NCBI GenBank assembly: GCA_018985225.1
Contig: JADGIF010000001.1
Span: 1-32,000, forward strand
Source of the DNA: Amoeboradix gromovi X-113
Lineage: Eukaryota > Fungi > Sanchytriomycota
Direction of reading: 5' to 3'
Length of the DNA: 32,000 nt
Position numbers and translations under genes: made by a program
Shown here: in pieces, positions 1 to 10,561 of the stretch
How positions within the stretch are numbered: position 1 is the stretch's first letter
Layout of the letters: every line of letters starts with the position of its first letter
The notes under the pieces: model-generated
What the model saw: only the letters and a program-made list of their open reading frames with translations
What the model was told of the DNA's origin: nothing
Database searches by the model: none

Positions 1-126
1 ATACAGGCGGTTTGATTGATCTATTTCTTATGAATTGGCTTTTCGTCCAATGAAAACTAAAAGCCACCTGGAATAATAAATTCCAACATACAGAAAAATA
101 AAATTTATTTATAATTACATTTTACA

Positions 127-1297
127 TTAAATTAGATCGGTTACATTCATTGGCATCTCATCAATTTGGGTGCTATAGTATTGTTCTATATCTCTTAGTA
201 TTTTAACATCTTCATTTTTAACAAAATTAATTGCCACTCCTTTACGCCCATACCTTCCAGATCTTCCAATTCTAAATTAGCTATTACTACCTATGAATAT
301 AGGATTCTCTATTGATAGGCAAATCATAATTTATAACTAAAGAAACTTGACCAACGTCCAACCCTCTAGCCCATATGTCTGTGCTAATTAATACACGAGC
401 CAGACCTTGTCTAAACTCGTGCATAATAGAGTCTCTATCTTTTTGAGGCATTTCACCATGCATGGCAGCAACTGTAAAGTGGTTTTCTCTCATTTTGTCT
501 GAGAGCCAATCCACCTTTTTACGAGTGTTGCAGAATATCACCGCTTGAGTGATTGTCAAAGTATCATACAAATCACAGAGAGTATCGAACTTCCAGCTCT
601 CTTGTTCCACGGATACAAAAAACTGTTTAATTCCTTCAAGAGTTAGCTCATCACGCTTCACGAGGATTTTAACAGGCTCTGTCATAAACTTCTTTGTTAA
701 TTCGAGTACTTCTTGCGGCAGAGTAGCTGAAACTACAATTATCTGAGTCTGCGGAGGCAAATAACGATATATATCATAAACTTGGTCTTTAAATCCTTGA
801 TTTAATAGTTCATCAGCTTCGTCTAACACTAGCATTTTAATATGCCTGGTTCTTAGTGATTTGCGCTTTATCATATCATAAACTCTTCCAGGAGTCCCGG
901 AAACAGCGTGAACGCCATAATCCAGTGTACGAATGTCTTCACCCAAGTTAGTACCGCCTATACAACAGTGGCACTGCACATTCATGTAATCACCTACGGC
1001 CAAAACTACACTCTGAATTTGGGATGCCAGTTCTCGAGTGGGCGCCATAATCAGAGCCTGAGTTTCTCTTAAATGAGTATCGATATTCTGTAAAATACCA
1101 ATGCTAAATGTAGCTGTCTTCCCTGTACCACTCTGCGATTGAACAATAGTGTCTCTTCCACTAGAAATTGGGACTATGGCTCGCTTCTGAATAGCTGAAG
1201 GTTTTTCAAAATTAAATGCATAGATTCCTCTAAGTAACTCTGGTTTTAGTCCCATTTCATCGAAGGATTCATAAACAGCAACGTCGTTTTTCATCAT
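127..1297 (-). CDS. FAL1: DEAD-box RNA helicase eIF4A-III/Fal1; two exons (1297..291, 271..127)
   Basis: Motifs QSGTGKT, PTRELA, DEAD and SAT are present. Removing the 19-nt intron 272..290 restores motif VI ([13 protein letters not shown]) and the typical C-terminus ...[16 protein letters not shown]. Confidence 0.93.
272..290 (-). other. 19-nt spliceosomal intron
   Basis: Sequence GTAGTAATAGCTAATTTAG has GT-AG ends and a CTAAT branch-like motif. Splicing restores helicase motif VI. Confidence 0.92.
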
Positions 1298-1747
1298 CCT
1301 ATTTTCAAGGAGTACAGATAATCTGTTTGAGCAACTTGATACACCTCAACAATAAAAGAAGTCTAACAATGAATGTTAATTGAAATCTAACGATTTATTT
1401 ACGACCACATATCTCATCTTCCAAACTTCAAAACATAACTTGCAAATCGAATTGGGCCTCAGTACTTGTCCTTTGAGCAGGCATTGAATTTTTCAAAATT
1501 TCTAGATAACCCGTCAACCTTTGATTTACTCTTCTTCTTTTAGATATCAAGAATTACAATTTTTCAATTTGTGATATACCCTGCATACGATTAAAGTAGG
1601 GCGGCGAATCAGGAATTCACTCATTGTATCTATTTGGATCACATATTGCTCTTTATATTCATCACAATTGAGAGAAGCTAAACCATGAATTTTTAGTTCA
1701 GTGTTATTTTCGCACAAAACAAGGGTTTATTGACATTTTCCTCAGAA

Positions 1748-2890
1748 ATGATAAAATATGCTTTAAAAGACAATATCGTATGCAAAGGAAAAATTACTCA
1801 GGCTGCCTCAAATGTACTGAGGGACTATGTGTCTTCGTTCAATAGTACAATTGTAGACCAACTGGATGGCGATTATATTTCCGTAAACATGGACGAATTT
1901 GGGTTTGGTAGTTACGGCGTCCATTCAGCATACGGGCCTGTCTCGATAAATGGAAGAGTGGCTGGAGGTTCAAGCAGCGGCTGTGCAGCGGCTGTTAAGC
2001 TGGAACATTGTCTTGTAGGAATTGGCACCGACACTGGTGGATCAATAAGATTACCAGCGGCCTTTTGCAACTTAATAGGGTTCAAGCCGAGCTATGGTAG
2101 AATTTCCAGATATGGTGTAATTGCTTATGCACAGTCGCTAGACACAGTCGGCCTGCTGTCAAAATCTCTTAATGAAGTTATTAAAACATTTAAAATACTG
2201 GACAAATACGATGATAAGGATCCAACTTCTATTCCAACATCACTCAGAAAGTCCTTTGTTGAGAGCAAAGACTCATTTGTTATTGGGGTACCTCGGAACG
2301 TAAAAGATGAGAAATTTCAGCAAATGGTTTCTCAGTTGCGAGGTAATCCAAAATTGAAAATCAAAAAAATAAGTTTGCCCCATTTTAAATACAGTCTTGC
2401 CTGCTATTATATTATAGCGACTGCCGAGGCTTATAGTTCTTTAAACAGATATTCTGGACTTCTTTACCCTGCAGCAAAACACAATAAAACTTTTGAGCAA
2501 ACTCGTAAACTGATAAGAGACTTGTTTGGAAAAGAGGTCAAAAATAGACTTGAGCTAGGCGGATTTGTCCTTAATAATGAGGACTATGAGGCTTGGTTTT
2601 TACAAGCAACTAAAGTTAGACGGTTAATCCAAATGGACTATAAGATGGCATTTCAGCATGTAGATTACGTGATTCTGCCGACAACTCTACAAGAACCGCC
2701 TCTAGTAAAGGATGTCTTAGATCCCAAGGTATCTGATTATAATTCCGATTGTTATACAGTTGGCCCGTCTCTCGCCGGAACTCCAGTTTTGAGCATTCCC
2801 TTGCACAGGTATTCGGTTCAAGTAATAGCACCATTTCAAAATGACAATCAATTATTGAATGATGTTTTAAGTATGGGAGTTGTACAATAA
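1748..2890 (+). CDS. HER2: Glutamyl-tRNA(Gln) amidotransferase subunit A (mitochondrial GatA/Her2), amidase signature family
   Basis: Motifs KDNI, NMDEFGFGS, GGSSSG, GTDTGGSIRLPAAFC and FKPSYGRISRYG. First ATG is at 1748. Confidence 0.88.
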   Translation: MIKYALKDNIVCKGKITQAASNVLRDYVSSFNSTIVDQLDGDYISVNMDEFGFGSYGVHSAYGPVSINGRVAGGSSSGCAAAVKLEHCLVGIGTDTGGSIRLPAAFCNLIGFKPSYGRISRYGVIAYAQSLDTVGLLSKSLNEVIKTFKILDKYDDKDPTSIPTSLRKSFVESKDSFVIGVPRNVKDEKFQQMVSQLRGNPKLKIKKISLPHFKYSLACYYIIATAEAYSSLNRYSGLLYPAAKHNKTFEQTRKLIRDLFGKEVKNRLELGGFVLNNEDYEAWFLQATKVRRLIQMDYKMAFQHVDYVILPTTLQEPPLVKDVLDPKVSDYNSDCYTVGPSLAGTPVLSIPLHRYSVQVIAPFQNDNQLLNDVLSMGVVQ

Positions 2891-2911
2891 ATTTATTTTT
2901 TTAAACCTTCA

Positions 2912-4162
2912 ATGGAGTTGCCGCCCAAAAAAGATGAGGACAATTATGAAAACATAATGCGTCTGCGCAAGAAACCACAGCTTGAAGATATACTAGAGAC
3001 CACTGAAAGTGAAGCTGATGAAGACAGACAATTTCAAGTACCGCTTACAAGAAATTGGAAAAATTGGTGGACTCGTGCATATCTTAGTTTAATCATGTCA
3101 GCCGGTTTTGTTATAATTGTGTTGAGTGGTCCTTTGTATATTATAATATTGGTAAGCATTTTACAGCTAATTGTATTTAAAGAAGTCATAAGCATTACAC
3201 ATATGCCCAGTAAGATGAAGAAATTGCCATGGTTCCGAGTCTTAAATTGGTACTTTTTGTTCGCTCTAAACTTTTATCTCTATGGGGATAGCATAAATGA
3301 GCATTTCGGACCATTAAAAGTATTACAACACCATTTGTTTACGTCGTATATGATCTATATAATCGGAATCATCATGTTTGTTCTAAGTTTAAGAAAGGGT
3401 CACTACAAATTTCAATTTGCACAGTTTGCATGGACACACATGGTTCTAATGATCGTTACTCTTCAAATTCACTTGACTATGCAAAATATACTTGATGGCC
3501 TTATTTTTTTCTTTTTACCCAGTTCTTTAGTCGTCATCAACGATGTTTGCGCTTACGTTTTTGGATTTTTCTTCGGTCGAACTAGGTTAATAAGAATTAG
3601 TCCAAAAAAGACTTGGGAAGGATTTATTGGTGGAGCACTGTGCACCTTAGTTCTTGGTTTCATACTCGCAAGTTTTTTTTCTAATTTTGACTACTTCATT
3701 TGCCCAATTAAGGACATACACACTAACGTGTTTAACTATAAGCCATGTGTTCATAATCCTGTATTTGACTATGAGCTATACGACATGAACTTTTTTGATT
3801 TCAAAATAACCATTGCCCCAATTCAATTCCATGCCCTTATTATGGTATGCTTTGCTTCAATTATAGCACCATTTGGTGGTTTCTTTGCTAGCGGTGTGAA
3901 ACGAGCGTTTAAAATAAAAGATTTTGCCGATTTCATACCAGGTCACGTAAGTTATTGTCTAATCTAGGGTGGCGTTACTGACAGGCTAGATTGCCAATTT
4001 GCTATGGGCGTATTTAGCAATCTCTATTTGCGATCATTTATACGAATTAAAAGAACCAATCTCTCTCAACTATTTAAGATAGCTATAACTCAGTTAGACC
4101 CTCAAGATCTTCCTATTTTAATTAAAATGCTTCAGGATTACAAAAAAGCAATAAATAATTGA
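2912..4162 (+). CDS. CDS1: Phosphatidate cytidylyltransferase (CDP-DAG synthase); two exons (2912..3946, 3968..4162)
   Basis: Motifs SPKKTWEGFIGG and FASGVKRAFKIKDF. Splicing gives IPGH|GGVTDRLDCQ. Confidence 0.95.
3947..3967 (+). other. 21-nt spliceosomal intron (ends in an in-frame TAG)
   Basis: Sequence GTAAGTTATTGTCTAATCTAG. Splicing restores the conserved PGHGG-DR-DC motif. Confidence 0.93.
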
Positions 4163-4181
4163 TTTATTTACTTGAATCTAT

Positions 4182-6872
4182 TCATTGTAATAACTTAGTT
4201 AATTGCTTCTTTATTCCCTTCTCACTCAGCTCCTCATCTTTTATTTTGTGAATAAACTGAGTCAATGCCGTCGTTGTCTGCATGTTTATGTTACTATTTG
4301 TTATGCACTTGATCAGCATCATTGGATCTTTTATTCCTACGAAATGTTTTATGATTATTCCAACAATGCTTATTATGCTTGGTAGTCGCTCTACATCATA
4401 GCATTTGAACAGCTTGAATAGAATCATTTCTAGTAACTGACTGTTTACTTGCACATCTGTAAACAAAACGCTAATGTTTTCTTTTATTATCATCATGTAT
4501 CTCTGCATTATTCCCTCATTAGCAATCTCCAACAGTCCAAAACTATTACCCAGCAATATAGCTCTCTCTTCTCCAAAAGATTCTGAACTCATCATGGTCA
4601 TACTTTGCTCTACGACTGTTATAAACGATTTTGTTAGTTTATGCAAATAATGGCTTTGGACTATACTGTCATCTACATTCTCATTTAGTATCTCTGTTTC
4701 CATCAGATGGCGTTTAGATATTAATGGTGCCATGAATAACAAGAATGGTTTCAGAATAAATGTCAGCAATACTTTGTGCTGACTGGCTTTGCTGTTATCT
4801 ACACACGGTATGATCATGTTGGTAATGATCAAATTCCAGTATTTTAAATGAAGTTCTACTACATCCGAAGTAAATACAAAAGTACTCAGAATGCTGATCG
4901 CCAGTTCATTCTCGTAGAATAACGGCCATGCTAGTGCTAGCCCTAGCAAATCGTAGCACTGAGTTGCTAGCAAGTTAATTTGGATGTTTATTGGCGACTC
5001 ACTGATGCTATTTGCGTTGAAATTGGGTGAATTAGGCTTTCGTAATATTTGATTACGATCAATGCTACTTGGCCCAATAAATTTGTTAGCATGCATAATG
5101 GAATGTAGATCCTTTAAACCTTGGCAAATGTATTCCAAAAACGAATTGTACAACTGTCTGATATTGACAGGTATCTCAATAATACTAGATTTCAAAGGGT
5201 CCAGCAAAACGTTTCTTAGACGAAGGAATTGCTCGGCTAAAATTAAAAAGCTTATCAAATCTTCCGAATTTGGATATACAGTGTTAAAATCCGTGTTGAT
5301 ATTAAATACCAAAAGCTGGGGTTTAAAATTGGGGATTGGCACTTTTTGTAATAATGCAAACAAATCATTATCCATGGCGTGACTTAGCAAAGGAATACAG
5401 CAAATGCTGAACTTCATAGCTATTGGGACCGTATCATTCAGTATAATAGATGGGGCTATTTGGCTATAGTTGTTGTACAGTATACGAGAATGATGCATAC
5501 AAATGGTTTGAGTAATGGAACTAGCATTCTTGAAATGGCGATTACAAAGACATTGCTCAAGAATATACAGGGAGTCGTTAGGCAGTTTCTTTGCAAGCAG
5601 TAATACAACCTTGGTGAATTGCTCATTTTGATCAAACTGAGCAAGCAATAAACAAAGTAGATCGTGCAGCTTCTTTTGATTTAAAAGATCAGGCTGAATA
5701 TTACGAATAATGGTAGTCAGTACTTGGCAGGATTTGGTCAAACCCCATTTGCTGCCATTCAACATGATTAAATCTAAAGACGTTAGAGCATGCTCTCTAC
5801 CTAAGGATCCCAGAATAGATTGTACCTTGGACATTGCCTGTTGAATGTAAATCTTGTCTTCATCTTGTTGCTCATTGATAAGAGGCTTAACAGCTACACA
5901 GCAGTGTAAAATAGGAGAAATATCGCTGACTTTAAATTTACAGCAGTAGTCAAACAAATAAAGACTGTATAGGCAGATTGGAAACGTTTGATTAGAAAAC
6001 TGCAAACCTACTTGATAAAATGCATTAACCACATCCAACGATGGATTGGGATTTGATTTCTTAAACACATCTAGAAACTGTATGTAGAACTCACCCGTGA
6101 TTTCCAGCATACAATACTGCTGCAATGCAGTGTGCAGATTTGGGTCGATCAAAATTGGAGCTAAAATATTTGGGCGAACGCTGATATTGGCAATAACACT
6201 TAACAAATGAATGTCGTTTTTAATAACGTCCTCCACATTAGTAGATTTTATATGAGGAATGATGGATTGAATCACAAACTGAATAAAGTCGAGATTGTCT
6301 TTGTACAGTTCAAGAGAGTTCTCCAATATTTCTAGTAAAATAGCGCAAGGATCTACAAGATACAATTCAAAGACGGGCTTGATATTGTTTTGAACAAATA
6401 GCCATTCACTTAAAAAGGGAGCTATCTCATCTAGCACTACCAATTCGGATAATATCATCAAGGTGAATGAATTGAAAGGAGGATGAACTAGTTTAGGCAA
6501 TTCTTTAACATTCTTTTCAAGATAGACAGCCATCAGCTGAGCACTCTTCTTTAATATGACATTGTTAACCTGAGTTTGAGTCAGTTTGGAATAAAAGTGA
6601 GTCAAATTGACATCATTGTACTTGCAGATGCGCTTCATAAGTAAAGTGATAAGACTGACTATGAACATTAGTTGGCCCATTTGGTTCTCACCAATTGAGG
6701 AATTCAAAACATCCAAGATTTGAATAGAAAACTGACTGTTGTCAATCATTCGCATCATAATAACTTCTAGCTCCTTAACTTTCTGCAATTGATTATTACA
6801 ATAAGCTTGCTTTAGTTCCACCAAATACTGCATTACTTCAAGGAGTCCAGAAAATATATTGATGAATGTCAT
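4182..6872 (-). CDS. HEAT/ARM-repeat karyopherin, probably a divergent Exportin-5/Msn5
   Basis: 896-aa Leu/Ile-rich helical ORF. Segment LHLKYWNLIITNMIIPCVDNSKASQHKVLLTFILKPFLLFM resembles the Exportin-5 C-terminal region as I recall it. Start codon uncertain. Confidence 0.55.
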   Translation of the reverse strand: MTFINIFSGLLEVMQYLVELKQAYCNNQLQKVKELEVIMMRMIDNSQFSIQILDVLNSSIGENQMGQLMFIVSLITLLMKRICKYNDVNLTHFYSKLTQTQVNNVILKKSAQLMAVYLEKNVKELPKLVHPPFNSFTLMILSELVVLDEIAPFLSEWLFVQNNIKPVFELYLVDPCAILLEILENSLELYKDNLDFIQFVIQSIIPHIKSTNVEDVIKNDIHLLSVIANISVRPNILAPILIDPNLHTALQQYCMLEITGEFYIQFLDVFKKSNPNPSLDVVNAFYQVGLQFSNQTFPICLYSLYLFDYCCKFKVSDISPILHCCVAVKPLINEQQDEDKIYIQQAMSKVQSILGSLGREHALTSLDLIMLNGSKWGLTKSCQVLTTIIRNIQPDLLNQKKLHDLLCLLLAQFDQNEQFTKVVLLLAKKLPNDSLYILEQCLCNRHFKNASSITQTICMHHSRILYNNYSQIAPSIILNDTVPIAMKFSICCIPLLSHAMDNDLFALLQKVPIPNFKPQLLVFNINTDFNTVYPNSEDLISFLILAEQFLRLRNVLLDPLKSSIIEIPVNIRQLYNSFLEYICQGLKDLHSIMHANKFIGPSSIDRNQILRKPNSPNFNANSISESPINIQINLLATQCYDLLGLALAWPLFYENELAISILSTFVFTSDVVELHLKYWNLIITNMIIPCVDNSKASQHKVLLTFILKPFLLFMAPLISKRHLMETEILNENVDDSIVQSHYLHKLTKSFITVVEQSMTMMSSESFGEERAILLGNSFGLLEIANEGIMQRYMMIIKENISVLFTDVQVNSQLLEMILFKLFKCYDVERLPSIISIVGIIIKHFVGIKDPMMLIKCITNSNINMQTTTALTQFIHKIKDEELSEKGIKKQLTKLLQ

Positions 6873-7786
6873 CTTCTTCTCAATACAATCTTGGCATTTA
6901 AAAAGCCGTAAGTTATACTAATAGTGGTAATTTTTTCATAACACAGCATATTTTGATAGTCTCCAGTACTTATTTGTAAGACCAAGGTATTGTTCTCGTA
7001 CAGTCCTATAGATTCACAATGTTTGTAGAGGCCATTAAATATTTTGTTCCGGATGTCTTTGCATCTGCAAAGGTCTAGCACTTGTTTTCTCCTGAGAGTT
7101 CTGAATGAATGCTTTGCCATAAATGCCTTGTAAATTGGATTAGTACCTTTCTTTGTGAAATTCCATTTAGATATGTTAGCAATCACATCGAATGGAAGTA
7201 GTTTTCTACGAATGGATCCAACACTGTTGACCACAATCATCTTTGACCTTGCGTTCTGGTTAAAGGGCTCTAAATTCAGCCCACGTAAATCTAATCTCTT
7301 AGCTGACAACACTGCACCATGTCCCCGAATATCATCCCCATACCAGTCTTGTATCGCGGCAAAGTATTTGATAATTTCCGATTGCCTTGCACTCTTGTAT
7401 TTCGGGTCCCTGTTTTTGCATTCAATTCTTAGTATACTGCCATTGGAGTATTTGAAAGCAATATCCACAAGGTTGTTATTGACAAAATTATTATTTTCGT
7501 CCCTTCTGGAGTTGTCCTGTGTCATCAATATTTGATAGGGATCGTGCTCAAGTAATGGTTCAATCTCAGAAACGTCTCGAAAGAATGTAATTCTCTTATA
7601 CTTGAGAGGAAATGCATCTTTTATATTCAACTGTCGTAATAATCTCTTATGTAGTCCTGAGTGGGGATAGCATAATTCTATTGCAACTGCATATTGAAAC
7701 GTGTATCCCTGCCCGCAATTCTCGTTTAGTTTAATAAATTCTGACGCTTCAGCCAAGGCACTAAGATACTTGAAAGGGTTCTGCAT
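6869..7786 (-). CDS. Putative PD-(D/E)XK (Mrr/restriction endonuclease-like) nuclease
   Basis: Intact 305-aa ORF with GYTFQ (motif I-like), VDIAF...RIECKNR (D...ExK), and a following helix plus GAVLS strand typical of the Mrr catalytic fold. Confidence 0.5.
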   Translation of the reverse strand: MQNPFKYLSALAEASEFIKLNENCGQGYTFQYAVAIELCYPHSGLHKRLLRQLNIKDAFPLKYKRITFFRDVSEIEPLLEHDPYQILMTQDNSRRDENNNFVNNNLVDIAFKYSNGSILRIECKNRDPKYKSARQSEIIKYFAAIQDWYGDDIRGHGAVLSAKRLDLRGLNLEPFNQNARSKMIVVNSVGSIRRKLLPFDVIANISKWNFTKKGTNPIYKAFMAKHSFRTLRRKQVLDLCRCKDIRNKIFNGLYKHCESIGLYENNTLVLQISTGDYQNMLCYEKITTISITYGFLNAKIVLRRR

Positions 7787-8479
7787 AATAATAGATTATA
7801 ATTTAATTTTGGATTAAGTGAACACTACGAGAACAATGTTTACAAATGATTGGTATTGTCTGAATGCCCGATATTGTCGTTGATGGTGATGTAGTCACCA
7901 TAGTCGAAGATCTGTGAATTTATATTTGGCGTCGCAGTCGTAATCCACATGGGAATGGGATTCATCAATGAGAATACCTCACACCTTTATATTCCAAGTA
8001 TCTTTAATAGCAAGGAGGAATTATAAAAAGATGATTCAATAAATAGGATTTACTTATCATGTAAATAAAATCACCCAATGGATCACAATAGACAATGCAC
8101 TTGTCGGGAGGAATAGCTGTTGCTTCTTCCGTTATGAAGAAATATTGACCTACTGCGGCCATCAAATACCTGTTATTTGCGTTCAAAATCTAAGCGATTT
8201 TTTGACAACAAAGATGCTTTACATATAGCACAGTTGAAAGGTATATTCAAGATGTCATATGCCAGGATATTTGGTTTTTGAAAATCAAAAGGTTTCAGTT
8301 AAGACTTGTAATCGCTCTTTAAACCAAGACACCGGTGCATTTTAACAAACCTGCACCCTAAGAGCAAAACGAATTAAAGATAGTGATTGGATGTTAATGA
8401 GATTCACAAACGTTGCAATTTAGGGCGTGACTTGTAATGGTGCTCTAAGCAAAACCATACGCCATTTTTGTGTTTTTAG

Positions 8480-9812
8480 ATGCTAGGTGTAATCATCGAT
8501 GTTGTCAACTTGATGGGCTTATTATACACGCAAACACAAAAGATGAAAAGGAATAGTGAAGAGTTGAAGTCTCTGATCACGCGTGTATCCTTGTTGGAAA
8601 GCGTACTAAGCCAAATAGTAACTATCGAAACATCAAAAAGTACAGACCTAGTTTTGGGGCATGTCAAGGAAGTCTTGGAAGAAATCATTAGAGAAATAAA
8701 TATAGTACATGAACTTAATGTTGCGTTGAGACTAGGACTAGCTGGTGGCCATAAAGAAAATATTGACAAATATCAATACAAGCTGGATGAATTAACAATG
8801 CAGTTAAATTTGACATTCCAAATTGATAGCAGAGTTGAGCAATTCAAAGGGTCCAAATTAATGGAAGCTAGAATGAATGAAATCTTGAAGAAAACGGATC
8901 ACATGAATACCGCTCAATTGACTCAAATGGTCCAAAATGATTTACCAGAGGAGTTGAAGAAAGGATAGGAAGAATCTATAAATCTAGGTAGAAAAGTGGT
9001 AGTTGATATGAACAATTTACAACAATTGCAGGAAAAAGTGCTTATAAAGGAAAAAGGCTTTAAAATTGATTTTATTAGCAACAAAGCATTGGAACTATCA
9101 GAGGACATATGCGGTAAGGGTAGCTTTGGAATTGTCTACTTAGGATATTGGCAAGACATCCATGTAGCCATCAAGAAAATAAATAACGTTCCGTTTCGAG
9201 AGATCGAAGAGTCTAGTATAAATACCGATTCAATGCAAATATCCAAAGCAGCATTGAGAGAAGTAAGAGCATTTGAGGTGCCGCAAAAGTGTCCATTTAT
9301 TGTCAAAATGTATGGCATCACATCCATGAATGGGTGCCTTGGTATTGTGATGGAATATGTCAGCAATAATTCCTTGTTTCATTGGATATACCAAGATGAA
9401 GAAAATTACGTAGACGAAATACTCATGAAGGGTATTGCAAGCAAAATAGCAAGAGCATTAGCATTTATGCATGAAAAAAAGATAGCACATAATGATATTA
9501 AAAGCAACAATGTGATGCTAGATGAATTGTTTATTCCTAAATTAATAGATTTAGGTACTGTCAAGCTAGTTGATTTAGTTTTAATTGCGAGTAGTAAGAG
9601 ATCCGCCCAGAATAATGGTGCAGTACGATGGAAAGCTCCTGAATATTTACAAGCTACAATGAGGAATGAGGAATGCGAAATTACAAAAAGACTATCCATT
9701 TTGTGGTGACGTGTACAGTTATTCGATTTTATTAGGCGAAATGTTTTCTAAAGAATTGCCATTCAGCATGTTTGATAATGACGAAGATATCAAGAAGGGT
9801 CCAAGTAGGTGA
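8480..9812 (+). pseudogene. Disrupted TKL-type protein kinase with an N-terminal MLKL-like four-helix-bundle domain
   Basis: ORFs 8480..8968 and 8996..9709 share a frame, separated by TAG at 8966-8968. Kinase motifs GKGSFG, VAIK, HNDIKSNN, DLG and WKAPE are present. The DVYS-SILLGE segment follows in another frame after about 9690, and the C-lobe is then truncated. Confidence 0.75.
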
Positions 9813-10161
9813 CATGTAAACTTAAAGTATGCAGATACCGTTGAGATTAGAACGCTTTCGGCCTTGGCCGAGCTCGTTGCCACAATGCCTGTAGACTTTT
9901 GAGAATATCTCGATACTGAATTGCTCAACTTCTTCTTGAAGGTTGCAGCAAGTTGTGGTACAGTAATACGGGCTAGCGCCTTATTTTCAGCAGTGACTGT
10001 GATATCCTTGAGATCGCTGTATCTTCATGTGTAGTAACAATCTTAAATGAGAGGCTTGTGCGCTGGTTAGGCACTATAGTAATTTCCTCTGTCATTACGA
10101 TAGCTACTGCTTTAGTCTCTTCTGTCATTGTAGTGGCTATGGCACTAGGTTTAATTGACAA
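9813..10161 (-). pseudogene. Frameshifted Thr/Ser/Ala-rich coding remnant of unknown identity
   Basis: Two consecutive minus-strand reading frames with protein-like composition and an internal MTEE repeat. Confidence 0.25.
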
Positions 10162-10256
10162 ATATACGTATACTGTACCAGAGTTTTACTAGCAGACCAG
10201 CTCCATTTAACAACACTACGGCAAAATCCGTGTATTTGGGATCTCAGAATAGACAA

Positions 10257-10399
10257 TTTATATCGAAATTTGAAACATAAATACTCTCTACCTCCTATTC
10301 TTTATTTCAATCATTATTTCAGAGACATAGTACAACTATTGGCTCTACAATAATGATTTCAAATAATTTAACACAATTATTCTTTAAAAACTAGACTAA
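10257..10399 (+). repeat. Fragment of the family B (Sola2/Fanzor1-like) element
   Basis: TATCGAAATTTGAAA-ATAAATA-TCT-TAC, TCTTTATTTCAA and CATAGTAC match 30272..30390. Positions 10385..10399 (TAAAAACTAGACTAA) are identical to the family B TIR core. Confidence 0.7.
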
Positions 10400-10561
10400 G
10401 AAATGTTTCATACTTTAATCTAGTCCTCTCTAATTAGACTAAATATAAATTATGGAATGACTGAATTTTTGCGTTTTGTGCTAGACATTATAAAAGTTCA
10501 TTAACATAATAATTTAATTTTACAATTGATCCCCAAATTAAAACATTATTTCTGTTAAAAA

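Noticed and set aside
6869-6872. ATGA stop/start overlap between the nuclease ORF and the exportin-like ORF, resembling bacterial translational coupling
   Set aside because: The context is eukaryotic and the exportin may start at the next Met (MQYLVE). Chance overlap is likely in such a compact genome.
7850-8300. Short minus-strand coding-like fragments
   Set aside because: No recognisable motif, so I cannot support a call beyond probable pseudogene debris.
8966-8968. TAG readthrough or an alternative genetic code (TAR=Gln) in the kinase
   Set aside because: Conserved genes here end in TAA and none needs TAR read as sense. The kinase also has an independent frameshift and truncation.
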